Source of the DNA: Octopus sinensis | Taxonomy: Eukaryota | Assembly: GCF_006345805.1 (NCBI RefSeq) | Contig: NC_043003.1 | Location: 72,478,001-72,542,000, forward strand | Direction: 5' to 3' | DNA length: 64,000 nt | Part shown: positions 42,023 to 55,789 of the stretch, piece by piece | Position numbering within the stretch: position 1 is the stretch's first letter | Layout of the letters: every line of letters starts with the position of its first letter | Made by a program: the position numbers and the translations under genes | Notes under the pieces: generated by a model | Database searches by the model: none | Told to the model about the DNA's origin: nothing | Seen by the model: the letters and a program-made list of their open reading frames with translations, nothing else

Positions 42023-43559
42023 ACTCATGGCTCTTTTGAGTCGTAACGTATAAGAGCTCGGGTAGGATGATGCTTTTAAAGAGTTTGATTACGAAAAAGC
42101 CTTCGATTGTGTCGAGATGAACTCAGTGTTGAAATCTCTGGAAATGTAAGGTATCGAGGGGCAATGCATCAAACTGCACAGAGATACCAAGTCTGGATAC
42201 ACAACAGATATAGCTCTACTGTCACCACCTGTAAAAATCCCTATTGAGAAGGGTGTCAAACAAGTAGGTACCATCGTTCCAAATCTCTTTACTGCATATC
42301 TAAAAATGGTGGAGCATATCGACTGAACACGTGGCATGAACATCGATGGCGTGCAACTTACACACCTCCACTTCGCAGATGATATTGTACTCGTCGCTGA
42401 AACCATAGACCAGCTGCAGACTATACTGACATAGGTTAACACTGAGAGTTAGAATGAGGTTCTTAAAATGAAACATGAAAACAAAATATATGCAGTCGGA
42501 AGATGAAAGACAGAGCCGAATAGAGTTGGGAAGCGATAAAATCGAGGAAGTAATAGAGTAAGTCTACTGAAGGCACACACTGAATGTGCGCCGAGATATG
42601 GACGCTGACATCACAGAGATTAAGGGTAGGATGGAAGGCATTTAAACAATGGTTTCCAAACAAAATATAGACAACTCCATACGTGCCAGATTCTTTAAGA
42701 GCACCGTTCTACCTGTGAACTTATATGTTACAACTCAAAAGGGTCATGGAAAACTCCACGCTAGGAGTATCATTACGAGAGCACATTCAAAATGAGATAA
42801 TTCGAGAACGGAGCGGAGTGAATGATGTGATCGCAAAGTACCGAAACACAAGTTGAACCCTGCAGTTTAAACCATAATTAATTAAGAATTAAATGTGAAT
42901 TACGCCTAAAAATATATATATAAATGAAAAATATATACGAATGGGAAAATATATACGAATGCAGAAAAAATATATACTAATGAGAAGAACATATAAAATT
43001 AGAAGAATAAAAATTAAAAAGATATATATTTCCAAATGAAGAGGATGATTAAGAAACGAATGGAAACTAATACGAATGACAAAAATTCAGGTGAATGTTA
43101 CGCGTAAAATACGAATGAAGATATGAAAAGATATGAAAAAATATATGGAAAAAATATAAAGGGAAAACATTTAAAAATGAAAAAATGAAAGAATTATATA
43201 TACAGGAATTAATTTATATATTAATATAATTAGAATTAATATACTAATCTTAATTTAAAATGTAAAAGTTAAAATGTAAAAGAGGAATATTTTCCATCTA
43301 CCCCTGGATATCATAGCGCTAAATTGAACTAGTTCCAATTTACACTGCAAGGTTCTATGAAAGTATTTATAATCATACATACTGTTTCATTTAAACTATT
43401 ACGTTATTAGCATATTACTGGCAGTGGGACAGGAAATAAATGAATTATGGGAACCATCCATCCTTTCATTTTTATTCACCCACCCTCCCCACCAGCGCAC
43501 AACCATTACTCCTCACACTCAAATAGTAAGTTAAATTTAAATAATAGTATCTAATAGTA

Positions 43560-44430
43560 ATTTCTAACAATTAATTTATGTTTATTTGCTTGAGGGTTAG
43601 ATTTTATTAATTAACCACATCAGTTTGTGTTTACATTTAATTTTTCTTTCTCCGTGAATTCATGGGTACACAACAAACATAGTCTATTCCCATTTCTATA
43701 CGATTTGGTTTTTCTTGTTATCTCGCACTTTAGTTTATATTTAATTTCTTTCAATTTTAAACTCCAGATGTGTTTACTCAAACCTGTCGAGTTCATTAAT
43801 TTCTTATTTTTGAATGAATTCACATGATGTGCTATTCGTTGTTTAATATTATTCGATGTCGAACCAATATATGTTCTATCTGAGTTTCTTTCAATATTCA
43901 TATTATTTATTTCACTTAGTTCATTCTTATCTTCGTTTACAGAAACCACACATTTATATACTACATCAGTTAAATTACATCTACCTTTAAATTACAGTAA
44001 TTTTTATCCCTACAATTGCAACTTTTTAAGTCTCTAACTTTATCATTAGGATACTTATTTAATTTATCATAGTAATATTTATTCAACTTATGTTTACTAA
44101 GTGATGAAATAATGTTCCCTACGTTGTTGGTAGTAGAATATCCCACTCCTATATTATTTTTAGAGAATAAGTCCATATATTTCTTATATTCTATAATAAA
44201 TGATTCTATTGTTTCAGTGATTTATTTTATAATATTACTTTTAACTTGATTCCCATAAGGAGCTATCAACCATATTATTTTAGTTTTATTTTTGTTTATA
44301 TAATTTTTCTTCGTATCTTTAATTACGCAATTTTTGTTATAATCATCTTTATTATTTATAATTGGGTCTAAATTATACTTTTCGTTTAATCTTAAATATT
44401 TCTCCATTATTCCCATTCTATCCTTATTCT
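43560..44430 (-). mobile_element. AT-rich Penelope-like element 3' part (GIY-YIG)
   Basis: IIWLIAPY, SCNCRDKNYC, TYIGSTSNNIKQRIAHH, LSKHIW, LCLLC. Confidence 0.8.
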
Positions 44431-44563
44431 TTATTCTATTTATATTTTTTATGTGTTTTATATTCGTTGAGCATGAATAGTAAGTATTAAATATAATATT
44501 CTATGACATGGTTGAATTTTATTGGGATTTCTGTCTCTAATGATACTTTGATATATATGTGTA

Positions 44564-44599
<36 letters not shown>

Positions 44600-44618
<19 letters not shown>

Positions 44619-45198
44619 TGTGTGTGTGTGTGTGTGTGTATGTGTGCGTATGTGTGTACGTGTGTGTAGGAATGTGAGTGTGAATACGTGCGTACTAATT
44701 GTACATGAGTGGGATAGAATAAGACAAAAAGTTGATGGTGATTTTATGATTTTCTTATGAGCTGAGGTTTGTCTCTCTTTATCTCATTCAAGTGGCAAAA
44801 TACCTGTTTAGTTCTGATCACCTTTAATTCAAACTTAAGGATGCCGTACGTCTCTGATTCATATACATTCTCAACGCCAATAAAAGCTATAAACCAATAA
44901 GTGAATTTAAATAATATAGTCCTATATTGAATAATATAGACTCTTTCCTTCTTGCATGCCCATTCAAGCCGCACCTTATATTTCTATAAATGTGAATGTT
45001 ATTTTTTAAAGAACCAGTCATTCAATGATATTGTATTCATCGTGTTCGATGTATGAAATCTCACCTATTTCACATTTTACCTGTTGAAAATTTTACCTAA
45101 AGATGGTGGGTTGTATGTTATGATGTTATCTATGAATACATCAATGAAATTCTACCGAAACAATTGTCACAAATTTAAATGTCATTCGTATTCCCTTA

Positions 45199-45245
<47 letters not shown>

Positions 45246-45830
45246 CGTATGTGTGTACGTGTGTGTAGGAATGTGAGTGTGAATACGTGCGTACTAATTG
45301 TACATGAGTGGGATAGAATAAGACAAAAAGTTGATGGTGATTTTATGATTTTCTTATGAGCTGAGGTTTGTCTCTCTTTATCTCATTCAAGTGGCAAAAT
45401 ACCTGTTTAGTTCTGATCACCTTTAATTCAAACTTAGGATGCCGTACGTCTCTGATTCATATACATTCTCAACGCCAATAAAAGCTATAAACCAATAAGT
45501 GAATTTAAATAATATAGTCCTATATTGAATAATATAGACTCTTTCCTTCTTGCATGCCCATTCAAGCCGCACCTTATATTTCTATAAATGTGAATGTTAT
45601 TTTTTAAAGAACCAGTCATTCAATGATATTGTATTCATCGTGTTCGATGTATGAAATCTCACCTATTTCACATTTTACCTGTTGAAAATTTTACCTAAAG
45701 ATGGTGGGTTGTATGTTATGATGTTATCTATGAATACATCAATGAAATTCTACCGAAACAATTGTCACAAATTTAAATGTCATTCGTATTCCCTTAATGT
45801 GTGTGCGTGTGTGTGTGTGTGTGTGTATAC
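44600..45830. repeat. Tandem duplication, ~599-bp unit, bounded by (GT)n
   Basis: Anchors 44701/45300; near-identical copies (one 1-bp indel noted). Confidence 0.95.
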
Positions 45831-46641
45831 ATATATATATATATATATAATCAAATCGAATAATCGAACATTAAAAATAACAATAACAAAAAGAGGACGT
45901 ACACATGGAATATATTAGTGTGATGCTTATTGTTTTGTTAATGTTACTTTTTAATGTTCGATTATTCGATTTGCCTGTATACAGCATGCTTACACGGAAC
46001 CTCTACGTCCTTCCAACCGATTTGGAGTATCTGATTCATGGGTGTTCTTACTCTATCACTGGATTAAGTCCTTCGGAATACGTTTCTTTTTTCATAACTT
46101 TCAGAAAAATGGATATTTTTCAATGAAATTTTCTACAAATGCGCTTCAGATCGTTTAGACATGGTGTAGATTGGAGTATATTGGAATTGGTTCTGATTAT
46201 AATTTTGGGGGTGGGGAATGCGATGAGCATCTGTATGTATGTGTGCTATCTCACCAGCTTTTGTTTGTGTATCAGTTTCTAATATAATCGTAATCTATAC
46301 ACTCTTAAAAAATATTTGTCGAAATCTTAAAAAATAACTTCTTTCCCGAAAGTTATGAGGAAACAAAGTCGACCCATGTGAATTTTCTGAGTTTTCCAAC
46401 ATATTTCAAATATAATCGGAATCAACACCACTTGAAGCATATTTATAGAAAATTATATGTAGAAAATTATATGTAGAAAATTTTTGTAGAACTTCAGCTG
46501 AAACGAATTCAGTGGAACATATTTGCTTTAACATATACAAAATACTAACATTACATTTCTATTATACCTCTATATATCATCTTGCGTCGCTTGACTATCA
46601 TTTTGTATATATCAGTATTTAATTATATAACTGCATGTTAT

Positions 46642-49310
46642 ATTTTCGAAATATTTTTGGGGAAAATTTTCTGTAAAAATTTTCGAAAAATTTTTGGGGA
46701 AAATTTTCGGTGAAAATTTTCGGAAAATTTTTGGGGAAAATTTTCGAAAAATTTTTGGGTGAAAATTTTCGAAAAAATTTTGGGGAAAATTTTTGGGGAA
46801 AATTTTCGACAAATTTTTGATGCAAACATTCGGTTTGCATCAAAAATTTGTCGAAAATTTTCCCCAAAAATTTTCCCCAAAATTTTTTCGAAAATTTTCA
46901 CCCAAAAATTTTCCGAAAATTTTCACCGAAAATTTTACCCAAAAATTTTTCGAAAATTTTTACAGAAAATTTTCCCCAAAAATATTTCGAAAATTTTCAC
47001 AGAAAATTTTCCCCAAAAATTTTTCAAAAATTTTCCCAAAAATTTTGGGTAAAGTTTTCGGTGAAAATTTTCACTGAAATTTTCGAAAAATTTTCGGAAA
47101 AATTTTCGAAAAGTTTTTGGGTAAAATTTTCGAAAAATTTCTTGGTAAAATTTTCAGTGAAAATTTTCGAAAAATCACAAGGCCAGCGGTGCCAAAATCA
47201 CAAAGTATGGAAGGCCAGCGGTGCCAAAATCACAAAGTATGGAAGGCCAGCGGTGCCAAAATCACAAAGTATGGAAAGCCAGCAGTGCCCAAATCACAAA
47301 GTATGGAAAGCCAGCGGTTCCAAAATCACAAAGTAAAATTTTCGGTGAAAATTTTGGAAAAGTTTTTGGGTAAAATTTTGGAAAAATTTTGGGTAACATT
47401 TTCGGTGAAAATTTTCGAAAAAGTTTTGGGGAAAATTTTCGGTGAAAATTTTGGAAAAATTTTTTGGTAAAAGTTTTTTGGTAAAATTTTCGGTGAAAAT
47501 TTTCGAAAATTTTCCCCAAAAATTTTCGAAAATTTTCACCGAATATTTCGGAAAATTTTCACCGAAAACTTTACCCAAAATTTTTGAGAAAATTTTCGAA
47601 AAATTTTTGGATAAAATTTTCTGTGAAAATTTTCGAAAAATTTTTGGGGAAAATTTTCGAAAAATTTTTGTGGAAAATTTTCGGAAAATTTTTTGGTAAA
47701 ATTTTCAGTGAAAATTTTCGAAAAATCACAAGGCCAGCGGTGCTAAAATCACAAAGTATGGAAGGCCAGTGGTGCCAAAATCACAAAGTATGGAAGGCCA
47801 GCGGTGCCAAAATCACAAAGTATGGAAAGCCAGCGGTGCCCAAATCACAAAGTATGGAAAGCCAGCGGTTCCAAAATCACAAAGTAAAATTTTCGGTGAA
47901 AATTTTGAAAAGTTTTTGGGTAAAATTTTCGAAAAATTTCTTGGTAAAATTTTCAGTGAAAATTTTCGAAAAATCACAAGGCCAGCGGTGCCAAAATCAC
48001 AAAGTATGGAAGGCCAGCGGTGCCAAAAACACAAAGTATGGAAGGCCAGCGGTGCCAAAATCACAAAGTATGGAAAGCCAGCGGTGCCCAAATCACAAAG
48101 TATGGAAAGCCAGCGGTTCCAAAATCACAAAGTAAAATTTTCCGTGAAAATTTTGGAAAAGTTTTTGGGTAAAATTTTGGAAAAATATTTGGGTAACATT
48201 TTCGGTGAAAATTTTCGAAAAAGTTTTGGGGAAAATTTTGGAAAAATTTTTGGGGAAAATTATCGGTGAAAATTTTCGGAAAATTTTTTGGTAAAATTTT
48301 CGGTGAAAATTTTCGAAAATTTTCCCCAAAAATTTTCGAAAATTTTCACCGAATATTTCGGAAAATTTTCACCGAAAACTTTACCCAAAATTTTTGAGAA
48401 AATTTTCGAAAAATTTTTGGATAAAATTTTCTGTGAAAATTTTCGAAAAATTTTTGGGGAAAATTTTCGAAAAATTTTTGTGGAAAATTTTCCGAAAATT
48501 TTTGGGTAAAATTTTCAGTGAAAATTTTCGAAAAATCACAAGGCCAGCGGTGCTAAAATCACAAAGTATGGAAGGCCAGTGGTGCCAAAATCACAAAGTA
48601 TGGAAGGCCAGCGGTGCCAAAATCACAAAGTATGGAAAGCCAGCGGTGCCCAAATCACAAAGTATGGAAAGCCAGCGGTTCCAAAATCACAAAGTAAAAT
48701 TTTCGGTGAAAATTTTGGAAAAGTTTTTGGGTAAAATTTTGGAAAAATTTTTGGGTAAAATTTTCTGTGAAAATTTTCGAAAAAGTTTTGGGGAAAATTT
48801 TCGGTGAAAATTTCGGAAAAATTTTGGGGGAAGATTTTCCGTGAAAATTTTCGGAAAATTTTTGGGGAAAATTTTCGAAAAATTTTTGTGTAAAATTTTC
48901 GAAAAATTTTTTGGTAAAATTTTCAGTGAGAATTTTGAAAAATTTTTGGGGCAAAGTTTTGGAAAAATCACAAGGCCAGCGGTGCCAAAATCACAAAGTA
49001 TGGAAGGCCAGCGGTACCAAAATCACAAAGTATGGAAGGCCAGTGGTGCCAAAATCACAAAGTATGGAAGGCCAGTGGTGCCAAAATAACAATGTATGGA
49101 AAGCCAGCGGTGCCCAAACCACAAAGTATGGAAAGCCAGCGGTGCCAAAATCACAAAGTATGGAAAGCCAAGGGTGCCCAAATCACAAAGTATGGAAAGC
49201 CAGCGGTGCCAAAATCACAAAGTAAAATTTTCGGTGAAAATTTTGGAAAAATTTTTGGGGAAAATTTTCTAAAAATTTTTGGGAAAATTTTCGGTGAAAA
49301 TTTTTGAAGA
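46642..49310. repeat. Two-module satellite: GAAAATTTTC-type units plus 32-bp units; 810-bp higher-order repeat; palindrome at left end
   Basis: 32-mer CAAAATCACAAAGTATGGAAGGCCAGCGGTGC (anchors 47205/47237); higher-order anchors 47491/48301. Confidence 0.95.
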
Positions 49311-49481
49311 GACATAAACATAAATAGGAAGAAAGAAAAGTCGAGAGATTTGGGATGTAAAGCAGTTCTGGTCGATGAAAAAGGAAGCAGTAGTACCAAT
49401 ACTTGCCGGAGCCTTGTGAACAGTGAGTAAAGATCTCTAGAAGTATGTGGAACAAATAATAATAATTCTTACTATTATTAA

Positions 49482-49513
<32 letters not shown>

Positions 49514-49525
49514 GTAGTAGTAGTA

Positions 49526-49563
<38 letters not shown>

Positions 49564-49574
49564 TCATCATCATC

Positions 49575-49774
49575 ATAGCTAAGGCAGCAAGCTGGTAGAA
49601 TCCTTAGCATGTCAGCCAAAATGCTTAACGGTATTTCGTACGTCAGTACATTCTGAGTTAAAATGCCTCTGAGGCAGACTTTGCCTTTCATCTTTCAGAG
49701 TCGATAAAATAAGTACCAGTCGAGTACAGGGGTCGATTTCCCCCGAAATTGCTGGCCTTGTACCAAAATTTGAA

Positions 49775-49819
<45 letters not shown>

Positions 49820-50280
49820 GCTATTATTAGTAGTAGTAGTAGTAGTATCATTATTGCTGCTGCTTAGGCGTTGTACTGGCGAAATCGTTAGCACACTGGG
49901 CAAAATGCTTAGCGGCATTTCGTCTGTCCTTACGTCCTGAACTTATATTCCGCCGAGGTCGACTTTACCTTTCATTCCCTTGGGGTCGAAAAAATTAGTA
50001 CCAGTTGCGTACTGGGTTCGATGTAAACTTTCCTGAAATTTTTGGCCTTGTGCCAAAATTTCAAATAAGGTGGCGAGCTGGCAGAATCGTTAGCACGCCG
50101 GGCGAAATGCTTAGCAGTATTTCACCCGTCGCTACTCTCTGGGTTCAGACTCCGCCGAGATCGACTTTGTCTTTCATTCTTTCGGAGTCGATAAATTAAG
50201 TACCAGTGAAACTCTGGGGTCGATGTAATCGACTAGTTTCCACCCCACAAATTGCAGGCCTTGTGCCTATAACAGAAATG
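49575..50280 (+). mobile_element. Three tandem copies of a tRNA-SINE (family M)
   Basis: Copies at ~49575, ~49862 and 50069 share TGGCAGAATCGTTAGC...GAGGTCGACTTT..CTTTCAT..GGGGTCGATAAA..AGTACCAG. Confidence 0.85.
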
Positions 50281-51567
50281 ATTATTATTATTGCTGCTAC
50301 TATTGTTCATGGTGTAATTTTTTTAGCCGTTGTTATTGGCATTCTTCTACTATCTAAATAGGAAATACTAGTCAAGAGTCACATGCGTTAAATATTCAGT
50401 CTTTCTCTTGTTAGATCCAAGTATGGCTCTATTGTTTGCATAATCAGGTTTATTTACCAGTCTTTATGGCATTGTTTCCTTACTGTGCTCGTATTCTCAA
50501 TCGCTTTGTTATATAATTTCTTTAATTCTTGAAATTATTCTTTTTCATATATACTCAATCCTTTTCTCTTTGTCATGTTTAACAACTTTTTATAGATTGG
50601 ATTGTTTTATTTGTTTGTTTGTTTTTTTGTTGTTTTTTTTAAATTTGTTTTTCGGAAGGGTAACTGTTCTTTCTGCTTTTCTCTTTTTCTATTACCATCG
50701 CAATGCCCTCTCTAGCCATCAGTTTAAGTTGCTTTTCTTCTTATTTCCTTTTATGGTTTCTGTTGTTGAAGTTTTCCTATTCTCATTCTGTCAACGCCAA
50801 CTTGAGTGTTTCACTGCTTTCTCTAAGCGTATCTGTTAAGCAAAAGACCATCATTGAAGGATGACTGAAGAAGCTTGATCTACAACGCCCAGAACACTTA
50901 TCCCACTGCATTTGTAAAGAAAAATCAATTAATTTTAATCTATCGATCATGCTCAATTTGCTTCCCATAAGCTTGAAAGCCAACCCTCTTTACATTATCA
51001 AAATTAATTTATCCTTTGGTTATTTTGATGTTGATTATTGTAAGGAAATTGCAAATACGGAACAAAGCATTTTATAAGAAGATATGATCCACATGAAGTC
51101 CTTCTTAATATTTGTCTTACATATAAATATGTTTAAAATCTAACTTATATGTATGAGATCTGAGTTATTGTGGTAACGTCGGCCATGAATTCAGTAGTTT
51201 TTATACATTTTTGTCACTCTCTCCTATGGCAACTTTTCATTACTTTGGAATATCTCTAAGCACTTAACCAACATCATATAAATAACAAATGCTATCTGTA
51301 ACAGACATTTTCCTGGAAAATTTAGAGGTCAGTGGCCAAAATTGATTAGTTGAGAATCAGTTTAAATTTGAGTGGATTTCGTCTCATTATTTCTTTAACT
51401 GTTTCATATAACCGATGTAACAGTGCGTCAGCATATATGTATACTCGTAAATATGCATGTCTGCATTCTGCACGAATGCATGCATATATGCATATATTGA
51501 TGCACATATGTATATATTTATACATATATGTATGTATATATATATATGCATGTGTGTATGTATGTAT

Positions 51568-51611
<44 letters not shown>

Positions 51612-51943
51612 GCATATATTTATCTGTGTGTGCGTGTGTGTGTGTGTATGTACGTGTTTGTATGCGCGCATGCGAATTGATTAAGTGCTCTTTTCTTTCT
51701 ATTTTTTCTCTTTTTTTTTCTTCCACGGTGCAACTAGCTGAGAGAATATTCCTCCACCCACCCTATCCTGTTCGTACAACAATAAAGAGTCGGCCAATAG
51801 CTATTAGAGACAAAATGTCAGCGATGTTATATTGTAGCGAAATTTCATGTCGTCTTTATCACAGCTCTATCTCTGTAATTGTCTTCACACACCCTCTTTG
51901 CTACGGTATTTGGTACCGCAACTTGATAGCTTTAGTCTTCCTG

Positions 51944-51960
51944 ATGACGACGACGACGAC

Positions 51961-52003
<43 letters not shown>

Positions 52004-52330
52004 GTGATGATGGTGGTGGTGGTGGTGGTGCCGGCGGCGGCGGCGGTGGTGGTGGTGGTGGTGCCGGCGGCGGTGGTGGTGGTGGTGGTGCCGGAGGCGG
52101 CGGCGGCGGCGGTGGTGGTGGTGGTGGTGGTGGAGGTGGTAGTGGCGATGATCGTGTTGATGATGATGATGATGACGACGACGACGACGATGATGAATAT
52201 TATGGTGATGATAGTGGTGGTGATGATGGGGATGATGAGGAGAAAGAGGAGGGAGAAGAAGAAGAAGAAGAAGAGGAGGAGACGGTGCGATGGTGATGAG
52301 GACGATGCTTATTTTTTGTGTTTGTTGCTG
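51944..52330. repeat. Compound GAT/GGT/GGC/GAG microsatellite
   Basis: Directly visible; source of the poly-D/G/E ORF. Confidence 0.9.
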
Positions 52331-52812
52331 TTGTTGCTATTACTGCAGGTGGTGGGTGGCAATAACAGTGTCGTTGACAGTGGCTGATATGGTTCGTAGG
52401 TATGCTTATTGCTGCTGTTGTTTTTCTTTTTCTGTTTGTTGCTGTTGCTGCTGCTGTTGTTGTTATTGCTGTTGTTCTGGTTGTGGTGGGAGAGGAACAC
52501 TAGCTGTGTAAAGGTGTGGGGGAAGGGTAGTGTTAGTTTTTGGTGTAGATTTCATTTTGTTTTGTGGGAGAAGGATGGTTGTAATTGAGGGAGGAATGAT
52601 AGTTACGGATGCTACAAGTACATAACACATTATATAATAATAATGATAACAATAATAACAACAACAACAACAACACCAACAACAACAATCCCGTTATAGT
52701 TGATGAGAGTCATAGTGGTACTCGCTGTAAATACAAATACCACTTTAATTCATCATCGCTATTATCATTATTATCCTCCTCCTCCTCCACATTCTTCGTC
52801 GTCATCATCGTC

Positions 52813-52862
<50 letters not shown>

Positions 52863-55164
52863 CATTCATCATCATCATCATCATCATCTTTAATGAGCCA
52901 CTTGATATCAGCTCTAGCTGCACACATGCTTCTGTCAATGCCATTACTTAACTTCTCATCTTCCTTTTTTCTGCGCATAAACCCTTACACTTCTGGTCAA
53001 ACAGGAATAGCGATCTCAGTGTAATCATGTTAACCTAGTTTCGTTCAGCAGAAGCAAAGTAAAGACATTAGATATTGCAAGATAACTATTCCCACAACTG
53101 AAAAACCTAACGAAAGATGGATGGCAACACAGTAAAAAAAAATCATCATAACCGTTACTCTATTCTTGTACTTGTTTGTTTAGATTATCTCTAATGCTGA
53201 CCAAACATATAGTGATGCAAGGAATGTATCCCAAAAGGTTCCTTTCAAGAAAATAATATGATCCACCACTCTTTGTACTACACCAGGAGTTACATCGGCC
53301 TGTATTGCAACAATTATCACATAATACTCCCAACATATGCACTGTAATTATTGTGTACATAATTTTTTAAAAAGTACTAAATCCAAGCTATCTAAATGTC
53401 TGAAGAACAGATATCGCTTCTCTTTCATTGTCCAATTGTTGGGTTGTGGTCTGTGTCGGTATTTTCAGGCATTATAACATTTATCTTTTCTCCGAATATG
53501 GTAACTTAGAGTCCTCTGTTTAGTCCTACAAGCCTATCCGCCCATGGAATCGTTTGAAATTGTTTAATGAAAACATCCCTTTTTTATCATTCAAAAAACA
53601 ACACTCAGCCTCAAATCCCCTGCTAAGTGGTTTGCCGTCAGATATTGTGCAGAAACAACACACGGAGGAAATATCGCAATCTTCAACAAGTAAAATTCAA
53701 ACAATTGTAACACATGCAACGTGATGATAAAGAAACGAAAAGATACCGTAGTGTATCGTGCAACTTGCAAACATTCTCGTTTTCTAAATGGTAGTCAAGA
53801 GATTTTCTGTCCTTTTGTGACCAACATTGTTCAGCATTAAAACACAAAAGCTTAACTATCCCTTCAAGAACAGAATATTTGGCAATACCCGAAACACAAG
53901 AACGCCCTACACTAGATCACTCTTTATATGTATGGGATAGAGCAACTGATACACCAGCAAACGTCTTTGACTGACTTATGTAAGACTATTCATTTCATAC
54001 AACTTTCTTCTCTCCATTTTCATTATTATATCAAACATCCTAGACAAGTCGTTTTTTTTCCAAGAATTGCCTTCCTCTATAATACCTTCCAAAATTTCAA
54101 ACTGTCTTTATTCCTACATGGTAAATTGAGTGAATACTTGGAGATGTAATGATTATTGACACCACACAAGATCGTCGACTCACAGTTCAACATTTGTAAG
54201 ACATTTGTGAGACACACAGTGCGACATTTGCCCAGAATCACAGAACGACATTTGTGAGGAGAACTCCAGTACTTTATTGGTACTTTATTTTATCGACACC
54301 CAATAGGAAGAAAGATAAAGTAGAATTAGATGTAATTTGAATTCAGAACATCAAGAACCATAACTGAATACCAGAGAGCATTTTGTTCAACGCTTTAACG
54401 ATCGGCCAATTCATTGTCCAACAACAATAACAATTTTTTAATGTCTTTATCAGATGAGAAAGAGGAATTCTTTTGATCCTTTTTCAAAACCTATAAGACA
54501 AGTTGGAACAAGGAAGGATGTTGTTCTCAGACGTGAGACCTTAGTTTGAATGCTTACAACAGAGTAGTCTGATGAAAGTGACCATGAACCAGGTAGCGTT
54601 AAAATGAGCAATTACGAGACTAAAACAAGAATGTTCGGCAGGATGTTCCTGTTTTAGTGGATAAACAGTCTCTTACATGGTTCCCGTCTGCTTAAATTCA
54701 AGACTTACAAGACTTGTGTGGCCCGAAGCTGTGGCATGAGAAATTTACCAAGGATTCAGCGCAGCAGGAGTGAACCAAAAACTAGGCAACAGTAGAGCAA
54801 ACTTCCTAACCATAAGCAATAAATAATAGATATAACAATACTAGACAAATAATTAAATGCATATAGTTGAAATCTATCTTTGGCTGAAAAGGTATAATCA
54901 AAACACTACTAGTCAATGTCTAATATCGTGTCTTCCTCAATATAGTCAGATGTTTGATGTTCCTTATATTATAAAAAAGTCAATATTAACTTAATTATTG
55001 GATATTTTTCAGAATATTTGCATTTTTCCACACCAAAAGGCAATTTCTAGATGTTCTTGGTCTGGAAGTGCTACCAGAGGGTGCTACAGGTTCGAGGTAA
55101 ATTCTACAAGAGGAACTTGGTCTCAGAAAGTAAAGACAGACGAAATGCCGCTAAGCTCGCCGCC

Positions 55165-55256
<92 letters not shown>

Positions 55257-55296
55257 TCAATAACAATAACAACAACAACAACAACAACAATAATAA

Positions 55297-55592
55297 TGCT
55301 TGTCAGTTGCTTGACCTTAACCAGTTGAGCATGTTCTTTGGTGGCTGGCGATATGTGTATCTCTGATCACCGGCAGAAGTAGCGGGGAAACATCATAGTC
55401 ATGAGTTGTAAGGAATTCTTTGGAATTCGAATAATTCACCTCTGGAAACGTGTGTGTTTCGTTCATCATCCATAAATAAACTTTATTCAGGGACCTTTTG
55501 ATTAGGATGTGTTACTCGACCTGAAGAAAATTCTAACTGGGCCCCACCTGCAAGATCATGCGTTGCTTATCTTGATATGAGATCATCATGTG
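55297..55592. mobile_element. Internal fragment of the ~556-bp element, opposite orientation
   Basis: Reverse complement of ~61200-61490; preceded by (AAT)n/(AAC)n. Confidence 0.8.
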
Positions 55593-55789
55593 TGCGTGTG
55601 TGTGTGTTTGTGTGTGTGCGCGCGCGCGTGCGTGTGCGTTGCTGTGGAGGCTTTGCATGTGAAAATGTTTAACGGAAAAATGTAATAGCATTTTAGCAAT
55701 AATTATAATATTATAATAGGAGGAGGAGGAGGAGGAGGAGGAGGAGATGTTCGACGGTTGCTCATAGAAAGACCTCATAAAACTACAGG

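Larger units (their letters stand above)
41190..42850 (+). mobile_element. Decayed RTE-type LINE interrupted by two SINEs
   Basis: KKG..EDLKDHR (41260-41330), then DYEKAFDCVE, KGVKQ, HLHFADDIVLVAE after the SINEs. Confidence 0.8.

Noticed and set aside
47171-49225. 32-bp repeats as a CRISPR array
   Set aside because: Units are directly adjacent with no unique spacers; eukaryotic context; no cas genes.
46612-49399. KIFEKF/NHKVWKASGA repetitive ORFs
   Set aside because: Satellite translations; the 32-bp unit cycles through all three frames.
50570-50990. Possible host exon on the minus strand
   Set aside because: Acceptor-like site but stops in all frames and no recognisable domain.
51350-52387. 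345-aa ORF
   Set aside because: Length comes from stop-free (TA/CA)n and GAT/GGT repeats; the unique middle part shows no protein-like motif.
53160-53360. CDNCCNTGRCN as a Ly6/three-finger exon
   Set aside because: Weak splice acceptor, no partner exons or GPI-signal tail; another frame looks like a decayed RT fragment. Unresolved but unsupported.
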